This document shows, piece by piece, positions 28,884 through 38,811 of a stretch of 64,000 nucleotides of DNA. This DNA is from Nitrospiraceae bacterium. GTDB taxonomy: Bacteria; Nitrospirota; Nitrospiria; Nitrospirales; Nitrospiraceae. The notes below the pieces were generated by a model, which was not told the origin of the DNA, did not search any database, and worked only from the letters and a program-made list of their open reading frames with translations. Where the stretch lies: NCBI GenBank assembly GCA_050246315.1, contig JBFWWG010000017.1, positions 1 through 64,000 on the forward strand, given 5' to 3'. Position 1 is the stretch's first letter. The number at the start of each line of letters is the position of its first letter. Position numbers and translations under genes: made by a program.

Positions 28884-29426
28884 ATGCCGGAACGTCCTCT
28901 GGTCGGTGTGCTCGGCGGCAGCAAGAGCGACTTCCCGATCTTGGAGAAGGCGGTCGCGATGCTCACCCAGTTGGGTATTGCGAACGAACTGCTTGTCGTC
29001 TCGGCCCACCGGACCCCTGACCGGCTCTTTGCCTATGCCGAACAGGCGGTGGGAAGAGGCATTGAAGTCATCATCGCAGGGGCCGGAGGGGCGGCCCATT
29101 TGCCCGGCATGTTGGCGGCCAAGACCCATTTGCCTGTGATCGGCGTTCCGATCCCGACCGAGCATCTGAAGGGATTGGACTCCCTGCTCTCGATCGTCCA
29201 GATGCCGAGGGGTGTTCCGGTGGCTACCGTTGCCATCGGGGGGGCCGAGAACGCCGGCCTGCTGGCGGCGCAGATTCTGGCCGGCCGACACGACTCTATC
29301 CGTAAACGGTTGCTTCAATTCCGAAAAGAGCAGACCGACAGAGTGGCTGCCGAGCAACCGGTGTTTTTGGCCGAGCATGCCCGTTCCTCCGTCTCGACCC
29401 GCCGCCCGTCCGGCCGGTCACGCTGA
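28884..29426 (+). CDS. purE: N5-CAIR mutase
   Basis: [35 protein letters not shown]. Confidence 0.96.
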   Translation: MPERPLVGVLGGSKSDFPILEKAVAMLTQLGIANELLVVSAHRTPDRLFAYAEQAVGRGIEVIIAGAGGAAHLPGMLAAKTHLPVIGVPIPTEHLKGLDSLLSIVQMPRGVPVATVAIGGAENAGLLAAQILAGRHDSIRKRLLQFRKEQTDRVAAEQPVFLAEHARSSVSTRRPSGRSR

Positions 29427-29430
29427 CGAA

Positions 29431-30624
29431 ATGTCAGAATTGCTGATCGACCCAGGTTCCTGTCTCGGCCTGTTGGGCGGGGGGCAGTTGGGCGCGATGT
29501 TCGTCATGGCTGCGCGGCGATTAGGCTATCGAACCGCCGTGTGGGACCCCGATACTCAGGCTCCGGCCCATCGCATTGCCGATCGATCCGTGATTCGAGC
29601 CTTCGAGGATCAGGCGGCGCGTACCGACTTCATGCGGGACCTCGCGGCCATCACCTACGAGTGGGAGAATGTCCCCGCCGAGGTTGTGCTGGCGCTTGAG
29701 CGACAAACGCCGGTCCGTCCCAGTGGACGAGTGCTTGAGCTCATCCAAGATCGCCTCGTCCAAAAACGGTTTCTTCAGCAACGGGGGTTTCCCGTTGCGG
29801 CCTTCCGCGAGGTGAGATCGTTCGCTGACCTTTCATCCGCTGCAGAACTAGGATTTCCTTGTCTCTGCAAGACGGCGACGGCCGGGTATGACGGTAAGGG
29901 GCAGTGGCGCCTCAATGACGCCCGCGAGGTGGAACGTCTGCGGGGCATTGTTCCCTCTCGACCTGAACCCTCACGCGCCTGGATCTTGGAACAACACATC
30001 GCATTTGATTGCGAACTGTCTGTGTTGGCCGTCAGAGGGAGCGACGGCCAACATGTCGTGTATCCCGTCGCGGCCAACGAGCATGAAGCCGGGATCCTCC
30101 GCCGGACCACGGTCCCGGCTCCCATTGAACCTGGGACGACCCGGCGTGTCCAGGACCTCGCGGTCGCCGTCGTGGATGCGCTGTCGGGTGTCGGAGTCTT
30201 TTGCGTGGAACTATTCCATACGCCTGCCGGCGAACTGCTGGTGAACGAGGTTGCGCCCCGTCCCCATAATTCGGGCCACTACACGCTGGATGCCTGCACC
30301 GTGTCGCAGTTTGAGCAGCAGGTGCGCGCCGTTTGTGGGCTTCCCCTGGGGGAAGCCCGCCTCCTGAGCCCGGCTGTGATGGTGAATATCCTCGGAGAGG
30401 AAGTGGTTCGTCTCTGTCGCGGCACGCCACTGCGTGCGCTGTTGGCGCGATCGGGCGTCCATCTGCATTTGTACGGGAAAGTGGGGATCCGTCCCGGCCG
30501 AAAGCTGGGTCATATCACGGTGACGGCTGAGACCATACAGGATGCGGCGGATCTGGCGAGCCACATCGCCCGGCAGGCGACCGAATCGCGAGGCTTGTCC
30601 GCTCCAGGGGGGACTGAATACTAG
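29431..30624 (+). CDS. purK: N5-CAIR synthase
   Basis: GGGQLG, TYEWEN, GYDGKGQ, NEVAPRPHNSGH, RPGRKLGH. Confidence 0.96.
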   Translation: MSELLIDPGSCLGLLGGGQLGAMFVMAARRLGYRTAVWDPDTQAPAHRIADRSVIRAFEDQAARTDFMRDLAAITYEWENVPAEVVLALERQTPVRPSGRVLELIQDRLVQKRFLQQRGFPVAAFREVRSFADLSSAAELGFPCLCKTATAGYDGKGQWRLNDAREVERLRGIVPSRPEPSRAWILEQHIAFDCELSVLAVRGSDGQHVVYPVAANEHEAGILRRTTVPAPIEPGTTRRVQDLAVAVVDALSGVGVFCVELFHTPAGELLVNEVAPRPHNSGHYTLDACTVSQFEQQVRAVCGLPLGEARLLSPAVMVNILGEEVVRLCRGTPLRALLARSGVHLHLYGKVGIRPGRKLGHITVTAETIQDAADLASHIARQATESRGLSAPGGTEY

Positions 30625-30646
30625 CCTGCCCGGATCACGTTCCGAA

Positions 30647-30775
30647 CCCACATTATTCATGGTGGTTCGTGATGAACCAGCATAGACGCCAGGTCTTGGA
30701 CTCCTAGCTTCGACCCCTTGCACAGCGGAGAGTAAAGGGTACTCCGTCGCAATGGATACCTCCACCCGAAGCATG
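30647..30775 (+). repeat. Dispersed intergenic repeat, copy 1 (core 30707-30758)
   Basis: 52-nt core matches 34908-34959 at 47/52 positions. Confidence 0.75.
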
Positions 30776-30795
30776 GGGACTGACACCCTTCCCCG

Positions 30796-30904
30796 CGTCT
30801 GCCTGCCCGCAGCGAGCGAGGAGGCGAAGCGTACTCTTTTCCGTACGTTGAGTCTCTGAGCAATGTGAGAACAAAGCTGCCGGACTTTTTCAATATCCTG
30901 TTAG
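30796..30904 (-). repeat. Dispersed MITE-like repeat (homologue of 25411-25525)
   Basis: Reverse complement ctaacaggatattgaaaaagtccggcagctttgttctc...ctcaacgtacggaaaagagtacgcttcgcctcctcgctcgctgcgg. Confidence 0.7.
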
Positions 30905-31175
30905 TCCCAAGACAGTGTGTCGACCGACCGAGCGGTCTGTCTGCGGTGTCTGGCACAGGCAGGCGAGCCTGCCCGCTTGGATGCGGAAATCCGGTCCGTC
31001 CGTACTTTTTTGTCGGGATCGAGCGGCTCCACAGACAGACGTGTCCGGATCTGTCATGAAAATACTAGGTATCTCATGTAGTTACGTGGCGTTCACCGGG
31101 TACACCCATTGCTTCCCTCCACGCCGCGCAAGGGTTGTGCGGCGGACCGATTTCCTTAGCCACGAGGTTACTTTG

Positions 31176-33068
31176 ATGAATCCATCGGCAAGTCTGTCGA
31201 TTTCTGATTCCCAATCTCTCCCGACTCCGTCCGGTCTGATGGCCCGGCTCTCGGTGCCTCGCTCCCGGTATGTGGTGTTGCAGGCTCTGGTGGGTATCGG
31301 TCTGTCCTATGAGTTGCTGTTTGGGGATGATGTCATTGTTACCTCGACGGTCGCGCATCTGATCGTGGCGGGCTTGCTGCTCATCACCATCGGGATTGTC
31401 CTGACTCCTTCGCGGTGGCTGGCCGAACCCTGGTTTACAAATGGGCTGGTGGGAGCCAATACGCTGATGGCCATGGCCATCGTGTATGTGTCCGGGAATG
31501 CGCAGGGAGAGTTTTACCTGGCGTTCTTTCTCCTGATGCTGGTGGCCAGTTCGGTGCGGACGCTTGGGCACATGCTGAGTCTCTCGCTGGTCTTGTGTCT
31601 CGGGTATGCGATGCTGTTGGCCCAGGGTGTTCTGATCACGGGGAGCCTCTCCGTCGGCCAACTCATGGGGTTACCAGTATTGATCATGATGGCGATTTTT
31701 TATGGGCTCACGTTGGATGAGCTGGCCGGGGAGCGTCAGCGAAGCGAGACGCTCTGTCACCGATTAGCGGAACTGCGTTTTGAGGAGGAAGCCTTACTCC
31801 TCACCAGAGATCGGCTCATGCATGAAGTCAAACGTCTTCGGGCAAAGCTGGAGTCGACCAGCTCGACGCCGACCCCGTCCGCGCGCGAAGGCAGGCCGGC
31901 GGCGCCCCCGGTCCGTGGCCTGCCGACCGTCTCCACGAAAGATCCATCCACGGATCATGACGTCCCCCATCTGGCGGCATGGCTGTCGGGATCACTACGC
32001 GAACAAGTGCGCGACATCGGGCGCGAGGTTGGACAGCTCCGTGCCTCTCTCCCGCGAGGAGATGAGGCTCACAAGCATGTTGATCAGATGCTGTTGGTCG
32101 GTGAGAAGCTCGCAGCGCTCGGGACTCATCTGGAGTTCTGGAGAGGGGCAGGTCCGATGCCGCGTTCGATCCACTCCCTCGACAGGATTCTGCAGCACCT
32201 GGCCCCGATGATTCGCAGCAGTCTCCCAGTTTCCACGGAGCTGCTCCTCCAAGCGGACCCGAATACGCCACTCGTGGCGGCCGAAGAAGGGGCTATTGAG
32301 CAAATCGTGCTGCAGCTCGTCCTGAATTCCCGCAATGCGATGGGGGAGGGCGGCTATCTGACGATCAGAGCGGAGACTGCCTCGGCAGAGGTCGCGAGGC
32401 GCGTGGCCGCAGAGCAAACTGTGTCCTTCGCAATGCTGACGGTCACCGACACGGGAATCGGCATGACGCCGGAGCAGCGGACCCGTGCACTTAATCCTTT
32501 TCATGAGGGTGGTACGCCGGGGACCGGCAGACAGATGGGGCTCGCCATGGTGGTGCGAGCAATCAAGAACCTGGGCGGCGAGGTTGCATTCGAAAGCCGA
32601 AAGGGGCGGGGGACCGAGGTGACGATCCTGTTGCCCGAATCCAAGCCGGCGGGCAATCAGCATCGACAGGAGCGAACCTTCGACCCGGCGTTGTTGGCGC
32701 AGGGAACGGAGACCGTGCTCGTCGTGATGGAGGACGAATGGCAGAGAAAATGCGCGGCGGCCGCTCTCCATCGAGTCCAGTATCAGGTCCTGGAGGCTGC
32801 CTCGGGCGTCGAGGCTTTGATGGTTGCCCGTGAGCATTCCGGCGGGATCCAGATTCTGGTGAGCGATCTGGCGATGGCGGAGATGTCGGGGGCCGAACTG
32901 GCCGAGCGATTATTGGCGGAGCGAAGGACGATGAAGGCAATCTTCGTCTCCGGCTATCCTGACGAGGTCATGGTCCGGCACCGGATCGCTCCGCGCTGCC
33001 ACGTACAAAAACCTCTACGAACAGAAGATCTTCTGAGGCGGGTGCGTGCGGTGCTCGATCACTCGTAG
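31176..33068 (+). CDS. Membrane hybrid sensor kinase/receiver with a degenerate H-box
   Basis: Multi-TM N-terminus; HATPase (QIVLQLVLNSRNAM, DTGIGM); receiver domain (SDLAM, SGY, QKP). Confidence 0.85.
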   Translation: MNPSASLSISDSQSLPTPSGLMARLSVPRSRYVVLQALVGIGLSYELLFGDDVIVTSTVAHLIVAGLLLITIGIVLTPSRWLAEPWFTNGLVGANTLMAMAIVYVSGNAQGEFYLAFFLLMLVASSVRTLGHMLSLSLVLCLGYAMLLAQGVLITGSLSVGQLMGLPVLIMMAIFYGLTLDELAGERQRSETLCHRLAELRFEEEALLLTRDRLMHEVKRLRAKLESTSSTPTPSAREGRPAAPPVRGLPTVSTKDPSTDHDVPHLAAWLSGSLREQVRDIGREVGQLRASLPRGDEAHKHVDQMLLVGEKLAALGTHLEFWRGAGPMPRSIHSLDRILQHLAPMIRSSLPVSTELLLQADPNTPLVAAEEGAIEQIVLQLVLNSRNAMGEGGYLTIRAETASAEVARRVAAEQTVSFAMLTVTDTGIGMTPEQRTRALNPFHEGGTPGTGRQMGLAMVVRAIKNLGGEVAFESRKGRGTEVTILLPESKPAGNQHRQERTFDPALLAQGTETVLVVMEDEWQRKCAAAALHRVQYQVLEAASGVEALMVAREHSGGIQILVSDLAMAEMSGAELAERLLAERRTMKAIFVSGYPDEVMVRHRIAPRCHVQKPLRTEDLLRRVRAVLDHS

Positions 33069-33104
33069 GACAGCCGAAGGTCCCAACAACTACCGGCCTC
33101 CGCT

Positions 33105-33833
33105 TCACCAGCCTGCCCGTTCCCATGGTCGGTGGTGGGCCGGGGCGAAGAGCCGGACTGCTCGCCGCTTGAACAGTGGAATGAGGAGCATTCCGACGAC
33201 AAATCCTCCGATATGGGCGAAGAAAGCCACCCCGCCCCCGCCCTCCGGTCGGCCGAGGCTCGATCCTCCGCTCAACAGTTGCATGGCGAACCAGAAGCCA
33301 AGGACCATCCAGGCCGGTACGTAGAAAGTTCTCGCGATGAAGCCGAACGGGATCAGCACGAGAACTTGCGCGTGCGGAAACAGGAGGAGATAGGCGCCCA
33401 GCACGCCAGAGATCGCTCCGCTGGCCCCGACCATCGGGATCGTGGATGCCGGATCGATCAGGACATGCGACAGTGCCGCGAGAACCCCGGAAAGCCCATA
33501 GAACAGAATGAAGCGCAGATGGCCCATCGCATCTTCGACGTTATTGCCGAAAATCCAGAGATAGAGCATGTTGCCGATCAAATGCATCCACCCGCCATGG
33601 AGAAACATGCTGGTTAGAAGGGTGACAGAGGCAGGAAGTCCCGTCAGGTCAGGAGGGAGCGACGAGCGGCCGGTCACCACGGCTGGGATCGCACCGTACT
33701 GGAAAACAAAGGCTTCGCTCGGCCGCTCCGGCAGGCTGACCTGGTAGAGAAACACGGCGGTACAAGTTGCAATTGCTGAAATCGTAATGATGGGAGGCCG
33801 GTCGGTCGGGTTATCGTCCGACAGCGGGATCAT
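33105..33833 (-). CDS. Rhomboid intramembrane serine protease
   Basis: MIPLSDDNP, HGGWMHLIGNM, GASGA, AHIGG. Confidence 0.93.
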   Translation of the reverse strand: MIPLSDDNPTDRPPIITISAIATCTAVFLYQVSLPERPSEAFVFQYGAIPAVVTGRSSLPPDLTGLPASVTLLTSMFLHGGWMHLIGNMLYLWIFGNNVEDAMGHLRFILFYGLSGVLAALSHVLIDPASTIPMVGASGAISGVLGAYLLLFPHAQVLVLIPFGFIARTFYVPAWMVLGFWFAMQLLSGGSSLGRPEGGGGVAFFAHIGGFVVGMLLIPLFKRRAVRLFAPAHHRPWERAGW

Positions 33834-34753
33834 GTCTTGCGGGGTTTTTCTGAGGCATCTCGCGAGAGAGAGGAATCCTCGGCAACTGGCTCTTCCTTGG
33901 TCGGTTCGACCGGAGGGCCGACAAACTTGAGGCCTGGGGGCGGATCGCCGTCCGGTCTCAGAGGGACCGAACATCCCGCCGCGTGGGTGTGTCCGCCTCC
34001 GCCGAGTGAGGCGGCGAGGCTGCCGACGTCCACTCCGTCCTCCCGAGAGCGAAAGCTGCAATAGCGACGGCCGTTCCTATCGTGCCAGATGATGCAGAAG
34101 GGATGGCCGGCCGACAGGTGTTCACCGATCTGACTGGTCAGGACCGCACTCTGCACGGCGGGAACGCGGTACCCGTGGAAGGTGACCAGGACAGCATGTG
34201 CAGCGATCTTGCCGACCAGTTCCCGCTCGTAGCGCAAGATCGCGGTGCCTTCCTGAATCAGCCGTTCCTGGTCGAAGCGATCCCACGTGTGGAAATCGTA
34301 CGGATAGGCGGCGATGGCGGCGCTGACTTCTCGGCTCCATGGTAATGCCCACTCCCAAAGGTCCTTATCCTGGATGTAGGAGAGCACCCAGGGCGCAGGG
34401 ATTCCGTGTGCCCATTCCCATGCCAACACCGCTCCGGATTTGCGTTGGTCAAAATAGGCATAGGCGAGACCCTGCAGCGCCTGTTGCGCCGTGATGTGAT
34501 GGTCCAGGATGAGAAAGGCTTTACTGTCTGCGGCGAGGGCTTCCAAGATCGGACGGGGATAGCTGAAATCGACCATCACCACCTTCAGGCCTGACAGACC
34601 GGACGGCGGCGGCTCCCCATGCTTGACTGGAAGAAATCGTGCGCTCGGGTACCGCTTCCAGATCGCCCAAGCGGCGCCGAATCCGTCGGCACACTCGGCG
34701 TGATAGAGTACGATATCGGGCGCGAACGTCGGGACGGTGTCAATCTCTGTCAT
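33830..34753 (-). CDS. DHH/DHHA1-family phosphoesterase
   Basis: YHAECADG, MVDFS, LDHH, GGGGHTHAAG; stop overlaps the rhomboid ATG. Confidence 0.88.
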   Translation of the reverse strand: MTEIDTVPTFAPDIVLYHAECADGFGAAWAIWKRYPSARFLPVKHGEPPPSGLSGLKVVMVDFSYPRPILEALAADSKAFLILDHHITAQQALQGLAYAYFDQRKSGAVLAWEWAHGIPAPWVLSYIQDKDLWEWALPWSREVSAAIAAYPYDFHTWDRFDQERLIQEGTAILRYERELVGKIAAHAVLVTFHGYRVPAVQSAVLTSQIGEHLSAGHPFCIIWHDRNGRRYCSFRSREDGVDVGSLAASLGGGGHTHAAGCSVPLRPDGDPPPGLKFVGPPVEPTKEEPVAEDSSLSRDASEKPRKT

Positions 34754-34846
34754 GTTTGAAGGGCAGCTTATCACGCGGCGTGCCAAACGCCAACCCATGG
34801 AGCGCCCGCCTGACGTTGATGGAGTTGGCGTGACGCGAAAGGCTAG

Positions 34847-34975
34847 CCCACGCTTTTCATGACGGTTTGTCGCGACATTGAAGAGTCGCCATACGTTTGG
34901 ACCCGTTGCTTCGACCCCTTGTACAGGGGAGAGCAAGGGGTACTCCATCGCAATGGATAGTCGCGCCCGGAGCCG
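34847..34975 (+). repeat. Dispersed intergenic repeat, copy 2 (core 34908-34959)
   Basis: Matches 30707-30758; contains perfect stem ACCCCTTG/CAAGGGGT. Confidence 0.75.
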
Positions 34976-35198
34976 TGAGGAAGGGAGGCAGACCTGAAAC
35001 AGTCTGTTGTCAGACTGAGCGGCGAGCCCGCCCGCCATACCAAGGTTCACTTGAACCGCCACCTTCGATCCTATCGCGGCGGAGAGCCACTTGGCCTTCG
35101 ACTTCGCAGGTTGGCATATCGCAGCGACGAATCGAGGCGCCCGTTGCTCTCTTGTTTTAATGGGCCAAGGCAGCAGAAGCGCTGATGAATAAGGTGGG

Positions 35199-36230
35199 CT
35201 AGGGCAGTCTGTTGAGGTGGTCGATGAGCTGGCGCAACCGCCCAGCGCTCCGCCGGTTGAAGGCAAAGACGAGCCGCGGGAGGTTGGAGAGGGCCGGTTC
35301 GTCCAATTCCTCCGGCAAGGCACTCCGCTGCTGGAACTGCCCGTCGGCCAACAGGTCAGCGAATTGGTTCTGGAGCGCCGCGACCTGGTCATCGGTGATG
35401 GGACGCTGGAGGCGCATGGCGAGCTGGCGGCCGACGAAGCGCAACGAGTGATAGGCCCGGTAAAATAACTGGATTTCACTGACCGCCTCGTCTTCCGATT
35501 CGACGATGCGGAAGAGGCTCAAATCCTCGTGATTGATCAAGCCTCGCCGGAGAAGGTCATCCTGAATAAAGTCATGCCAGCGATGCCAATAGGTGCAACC
35601 GGGTGCCTGAAGGCAGACGATCGGTTTGGGGTCGCTTTTTCCTGTTTGCGCCAGGGTCAGGACTTCGAATCCTTCATCGTGGGTGCCGAATCCTCCGGGG
35701 AACAGGGCAATGGCGTTGGCTTCCTTTTGGAACATCAGTTTTCGGGTAAAGAAGTATTTGAACGTGATCAACTTGGGATCGTCGGCGATTGTCGAGTTTG
35801 CACCTTGCTCGAAGGGAAGCATGATGTTTACCCCGAAACTGTGCTCGCGGCCCGCGCCCTCCTGCGCGGCACGCATGATGCCGTCCGCGCCGCCGGTGAT
35901 GACCATGTAACCGTGGGCCACGATTCGTTGTGCGAAGCGGGAGGCCAGTTGGTACAGTGGGTCATCGGCCGGTGTCCGTGCCGATCCGAACACGCTGACC
36001 TTTGGGCGATTGCGATAGTCCCGAAAGACCGCGAACGCATGGCGGAGTTCCTTCATCGCTCGAGTAAGGATTTTCAGATCCAGTAGATCCAGTTGGGCGT
36101 CGTGCAGTTTGAGGACATTGGCGACGATCTCCCGCATGAGAGACGCGCGGAGATCATCCTCGCGACCGTCCAACAACGTCCCCAGTTGCGAGAGCATCTC
36201 TTCCTTCGAAGGCAACACTCTTGAGCGCAT
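35199..36230 (-). CDS. LOG-family nucleotide phosphoribohydrolase
   Basis: FGSART, TGGADGIM, YFFTRK, PGGFGTHDE. Confidence 0.9.
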   Translation of the reverse strand: MRSRVLPSKEEMLSQLGTLLDGREDDLRASLMREIVANVLKLHDAQLDLLDLKILTRAMKELRHAFAVFRDYRNRPKVSVFGSARTPADDPLYQLASRFAQRIVAHGYMVITGGADGIMRAAQEGAGREHSFGVNIMLPFEQGANSTIADDPKLITFKYFFTRKLMFQKEANAIALFPGGFGTHDEGFEVLTLAQTGKSDPKPIVCLQAPGCTYWHRWHDFIQDDLLRRGLINHEDLSLFRIVESEDEAVSEIQLFYRAYHSLRFVGRQLAMRLQRPITDDQVAALQNQFADLLADGQFQQRSALPEELDEPALSNLPRLVFAFNRRSAGRLRQLIDHLNRLP

Positions 36231-36363
36231 TGCTACATCCTTATCTGTCTAAATGGCTATGAGTCGTCATGTTGATACCACCGAGATAGCTTGAGCGATT
36301 CATTCTACCAGGTGGAAGGGCGACTTCAAGAAAAGATCTTGTGCAGGCCCGCGGTGCGGCCGG

Positions 36364-37098
36364 TCAGGAATCGGATGCGGGTTGCAGGGATACCCACTCC
36401 CGAATTCGAGTTTGATCGGAGGCATTCAAGTGCGTAAATCGGACGGTGAAGGTCACACCGCGCGAGGCCTCGGGTGGTCCTTCGTCGGGTGCGGACGCGA
36501 CCTTTCCATACACGGTCATAAAGTCGGAGGTATCGGGTAAGGCGAACGCGAGCATCACCTGCGTTCCCTGAGTCAGCATCAACGGGCACTCAACTGTGGC
36601 CGCCAGGTGACTCACATGAGTCAGGGTGGCTTGATGCTTGGAACCGTCCGACTTGTTGTCAATGAGTGTCACGACGGCCGGAATTCGCACCATGCACCGT
36701 TTGGCGACGTAGACCAGGTCGCGCGCTCGGACAATGCCGACCGGCTGTTGATCTTTCGTCACCACGAGCAAGGCCACTCCTGTGGCGGCCATCATCGTAG
36801 AGGCGGCGTCCAGGGGCCGATCATATTCGATGGATTGAACCGGCCGCGACATGATCGATCGCACTTGGACATCTTGGGGTTCCAATCCTTGCGCCACGAC
36901 TTTCTTGACGATGTCCGTATACGTCATGATGCCGACCCGCGCGTCCGCGTCCTTCACCAGGAGGCAGGGCGTCTGTTCTTTCTGCATCAGGAAGGCCGCC
37001 TTCGCGACCGTGATATCGCCGGGAACCTGGATGATGCCGGGAGTCATCATGTGCGAAACCGACGTTGAAGCGCTTCCCTCGGTCGAGTGCGACGTCAT
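36364..37098 (-). CDS. CBS-pair plus PilZ-like domain protein
   Basis: Two CBS repeats, then KRCMVR...HVSHLA...GTQVMLAFALP...VRFTHL. Confidence 0.75.
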   Translation of the reverse strand: MTSHSTEGSASTSVSHMMTPGIIQVPGDITVAKAAFLMQKEQTPCLLVKDADARVGIMTYTDIVKKVVAQGLEPQDVQVRSIMSRPVQSIEYDRPLDAASTMMAATGVALLVVTKDQQPVGIVRARDLVYVAKRCMVRIPAVVTLIDNKSDGSKHQATLTHVSHLAATVECPLMLTQGTQVMLAFALPDTSDFMTVYGKVASAPDEGPPEASRGVTFTVRFTHLNASDQTRIREWVSLQPASDS

Positions 37099-37302
37099 AG
37101 TGCCAGCCGATTTCTTCACAGGAACTTCGTGCCGGCGAAGGCCCGTCCGGAGACGATCAGAGGCTGATCGACGCTGTCGTAGAGACAGTATATCAGACGA
37201 GAACCCGCGACCCCTTTGGCGGGTGTGCCTTGCGGACGAGCCCGGTTCGCCTTTAGACTTCGCCTGTTCGAGGGACCGAACAGGTTGGGTGCGAAGTCGT
37301 CC

Positions 37303-38811
37303 ATGAAGACTGTCATAACCGAATTTCGTCAACGAGTCGAGGGAATTGCATTCCAGGGAATCGGTCTGTCTGTCGATGCCTACTCACCGGACATCTTCGA
37401 ACTCATGGACCTGCTCACAGACGAGTCAATGGCACCCGGCTATCTGGAAGTGTTCAGGGCCGCGACGCCCATGCTGGCGGCTATCCGGCGTCGCTATCCG
37501 TCCGTCTCGCTGCCCTACCATGCCGAGGGGCTGTGGTGGACGGAGCCGGACTGGCTTGAACAGACCGGAATGGCGAGCGAACTTGAGTTTGTCGTCGAGC
37601 AGGCCTGCGCATTGGCTAGCCCTTGGATCAATCACGAATGTGCGAGTAAGCGCCTTGGGCCCTATGTGGTTGGGACCTACCTGCCTCCCTTATTCACGAG
37701 TCACACCGCGCGTCTCGTTGCGCGCCACGTTGTGATTGTTCAGCAGACACTGGATCGCACATTGGGGGGTGGACGGGGAGGCGGACCGTTGGTGTTGCTG
37801 GAACTGCCGCCGCTGACGTATTTTCGCGTCGGCGATCTGAGCGCGGCCGCCTTCTTCGCCGAGATCGCGCAGGCCTGTTCTTGCGGGCTCGTCTTGGACA
37901 TCGGGCACCTCTGGACCCACTACCGATACAGCCCCGCGACGAGCCGCGGTGCCCTTAGGGAATTCGTGGCCGGATTTCTGGAGGAATTTCCGCTCGAACG
38001 CGTGGTTGAAATTCACGTGGCAGGTCTCTCATCGCATCCCGTGGTTCCGAGTGATCCGATCGCGCTTCATGCTGAGCTTCCGCTGTGGTTGGACGACCAC
38101 GCGGCGCCTATTCCAGAGATCTTGTTTGAAATGTTGGAACAGGTGCTCAGCCGGCCAAATCTGAATTCTCTCAGAGGCGTTGCGTTGGAAGTGGATACCA
38201 AGCCGGTGACATTGATCGGTCATGAATTCGAACAATTCCTCTTGCGATTCGGCAACAGCGTGGACGCGCAGCGAAACCATGCCTCGATGGAGCATCAACT
38301 CGGTGAACCGAGAGCACCGAGTTTCATGACCGGCGCCGACGAGGCGCTCGTGTCCGATGAAGGCCTGTTGGAGCCATCCCGTCGCTATGCGGATCTGATT
38401 GTCGGGCTGCCGGGGGCGAATGGTACGACACCGATGCTGCCCGAGTGCGATGTGGCGCCGCTGCGTTGGTATCGCGAAAGTTACCTGCCCTATGAAATTC
38501 TCTTCTGGGGCGGCGATCTCCGCTCCATGTTCCCTCGGACCTGCGAACTCCTGGGCGAAGCCGCCCTCCCCTTGGAAGATTTCATCTCATTCTGGTTGGC
38601 CTGTCACGAAGAGCCGGCGGCTCCGTTCGATTTCTTTCTGCTTAAGCTGGAGCGATTCACCCGTTTCGTGATTACCCATTGTCCTCAGGCTGGGGAGGTT
38701 GTGCGTCAGGAGGCGGCGGAACTGCACGCGGCGTATGAGGCGGCCAATCTTCCGTCGAGAGACGAGTCGGCGCGACCCCGAAGGGGCCGTGAGACTGAGG
38801 CAGGTCGATGA
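37303..38811 (+). CDS. DUF692-family multinuclear non-heme iron oxidative enzyme with a C-terminal extension
   Basis: YHAEGL, WINHE, LLELPP, LVLDIGHL, VVEIHVAG, LDDHAAP, VALEVD. Confidence 0.82.
   Translation: MKTVITEFRQRVEGIAFQGIGLSVDAYSPDIFELMDLLTDESMAPGYLEVFRAATPMLAAIRRRYPSVSLPYHAEGLWWTEPDWLEQTGMASELEFVVEQACALASPWINHECASKRLGPYVVGTYLPPLFTSHTARLVARHVVIVQQTLDRTLGGGRGGGPLVLLELPPLTYFRVGDLSAAAFFAEIAQACSCGLVLDIGHLWTHYRYSPATSRGALREFVAGFLEEFPLERVVEIHVAGLSSHPVVPSDPIALHAELPLWLDDHAAPIPEILFEMLEQVLSRPNLNSLRGVALEVDTKPVTLIGHEFEQFLLRFGNSVDAQRNHASMEHQLGEPRAPSFMTGADEALVSDEGLLEPSRRYADLIVGLPGANGTTPMLPECDVAPLRWYRESYLPYEILFWGGDLRSMFPRTCELLGEAALPLEDFISFWLACHEEPAAPFDFFLLKLERFTRFVITHCPQAGEVVRQEAAELHAAYEAANLPSRDESARPRRGRETEAGR

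Noticed and set aside
33830..35479. 549-aa ORF as a long DHH fusion
   Set aside because: The N-terminal part runs through the LOG gene and an intergenic repeat; the DHH domain starts at 34753
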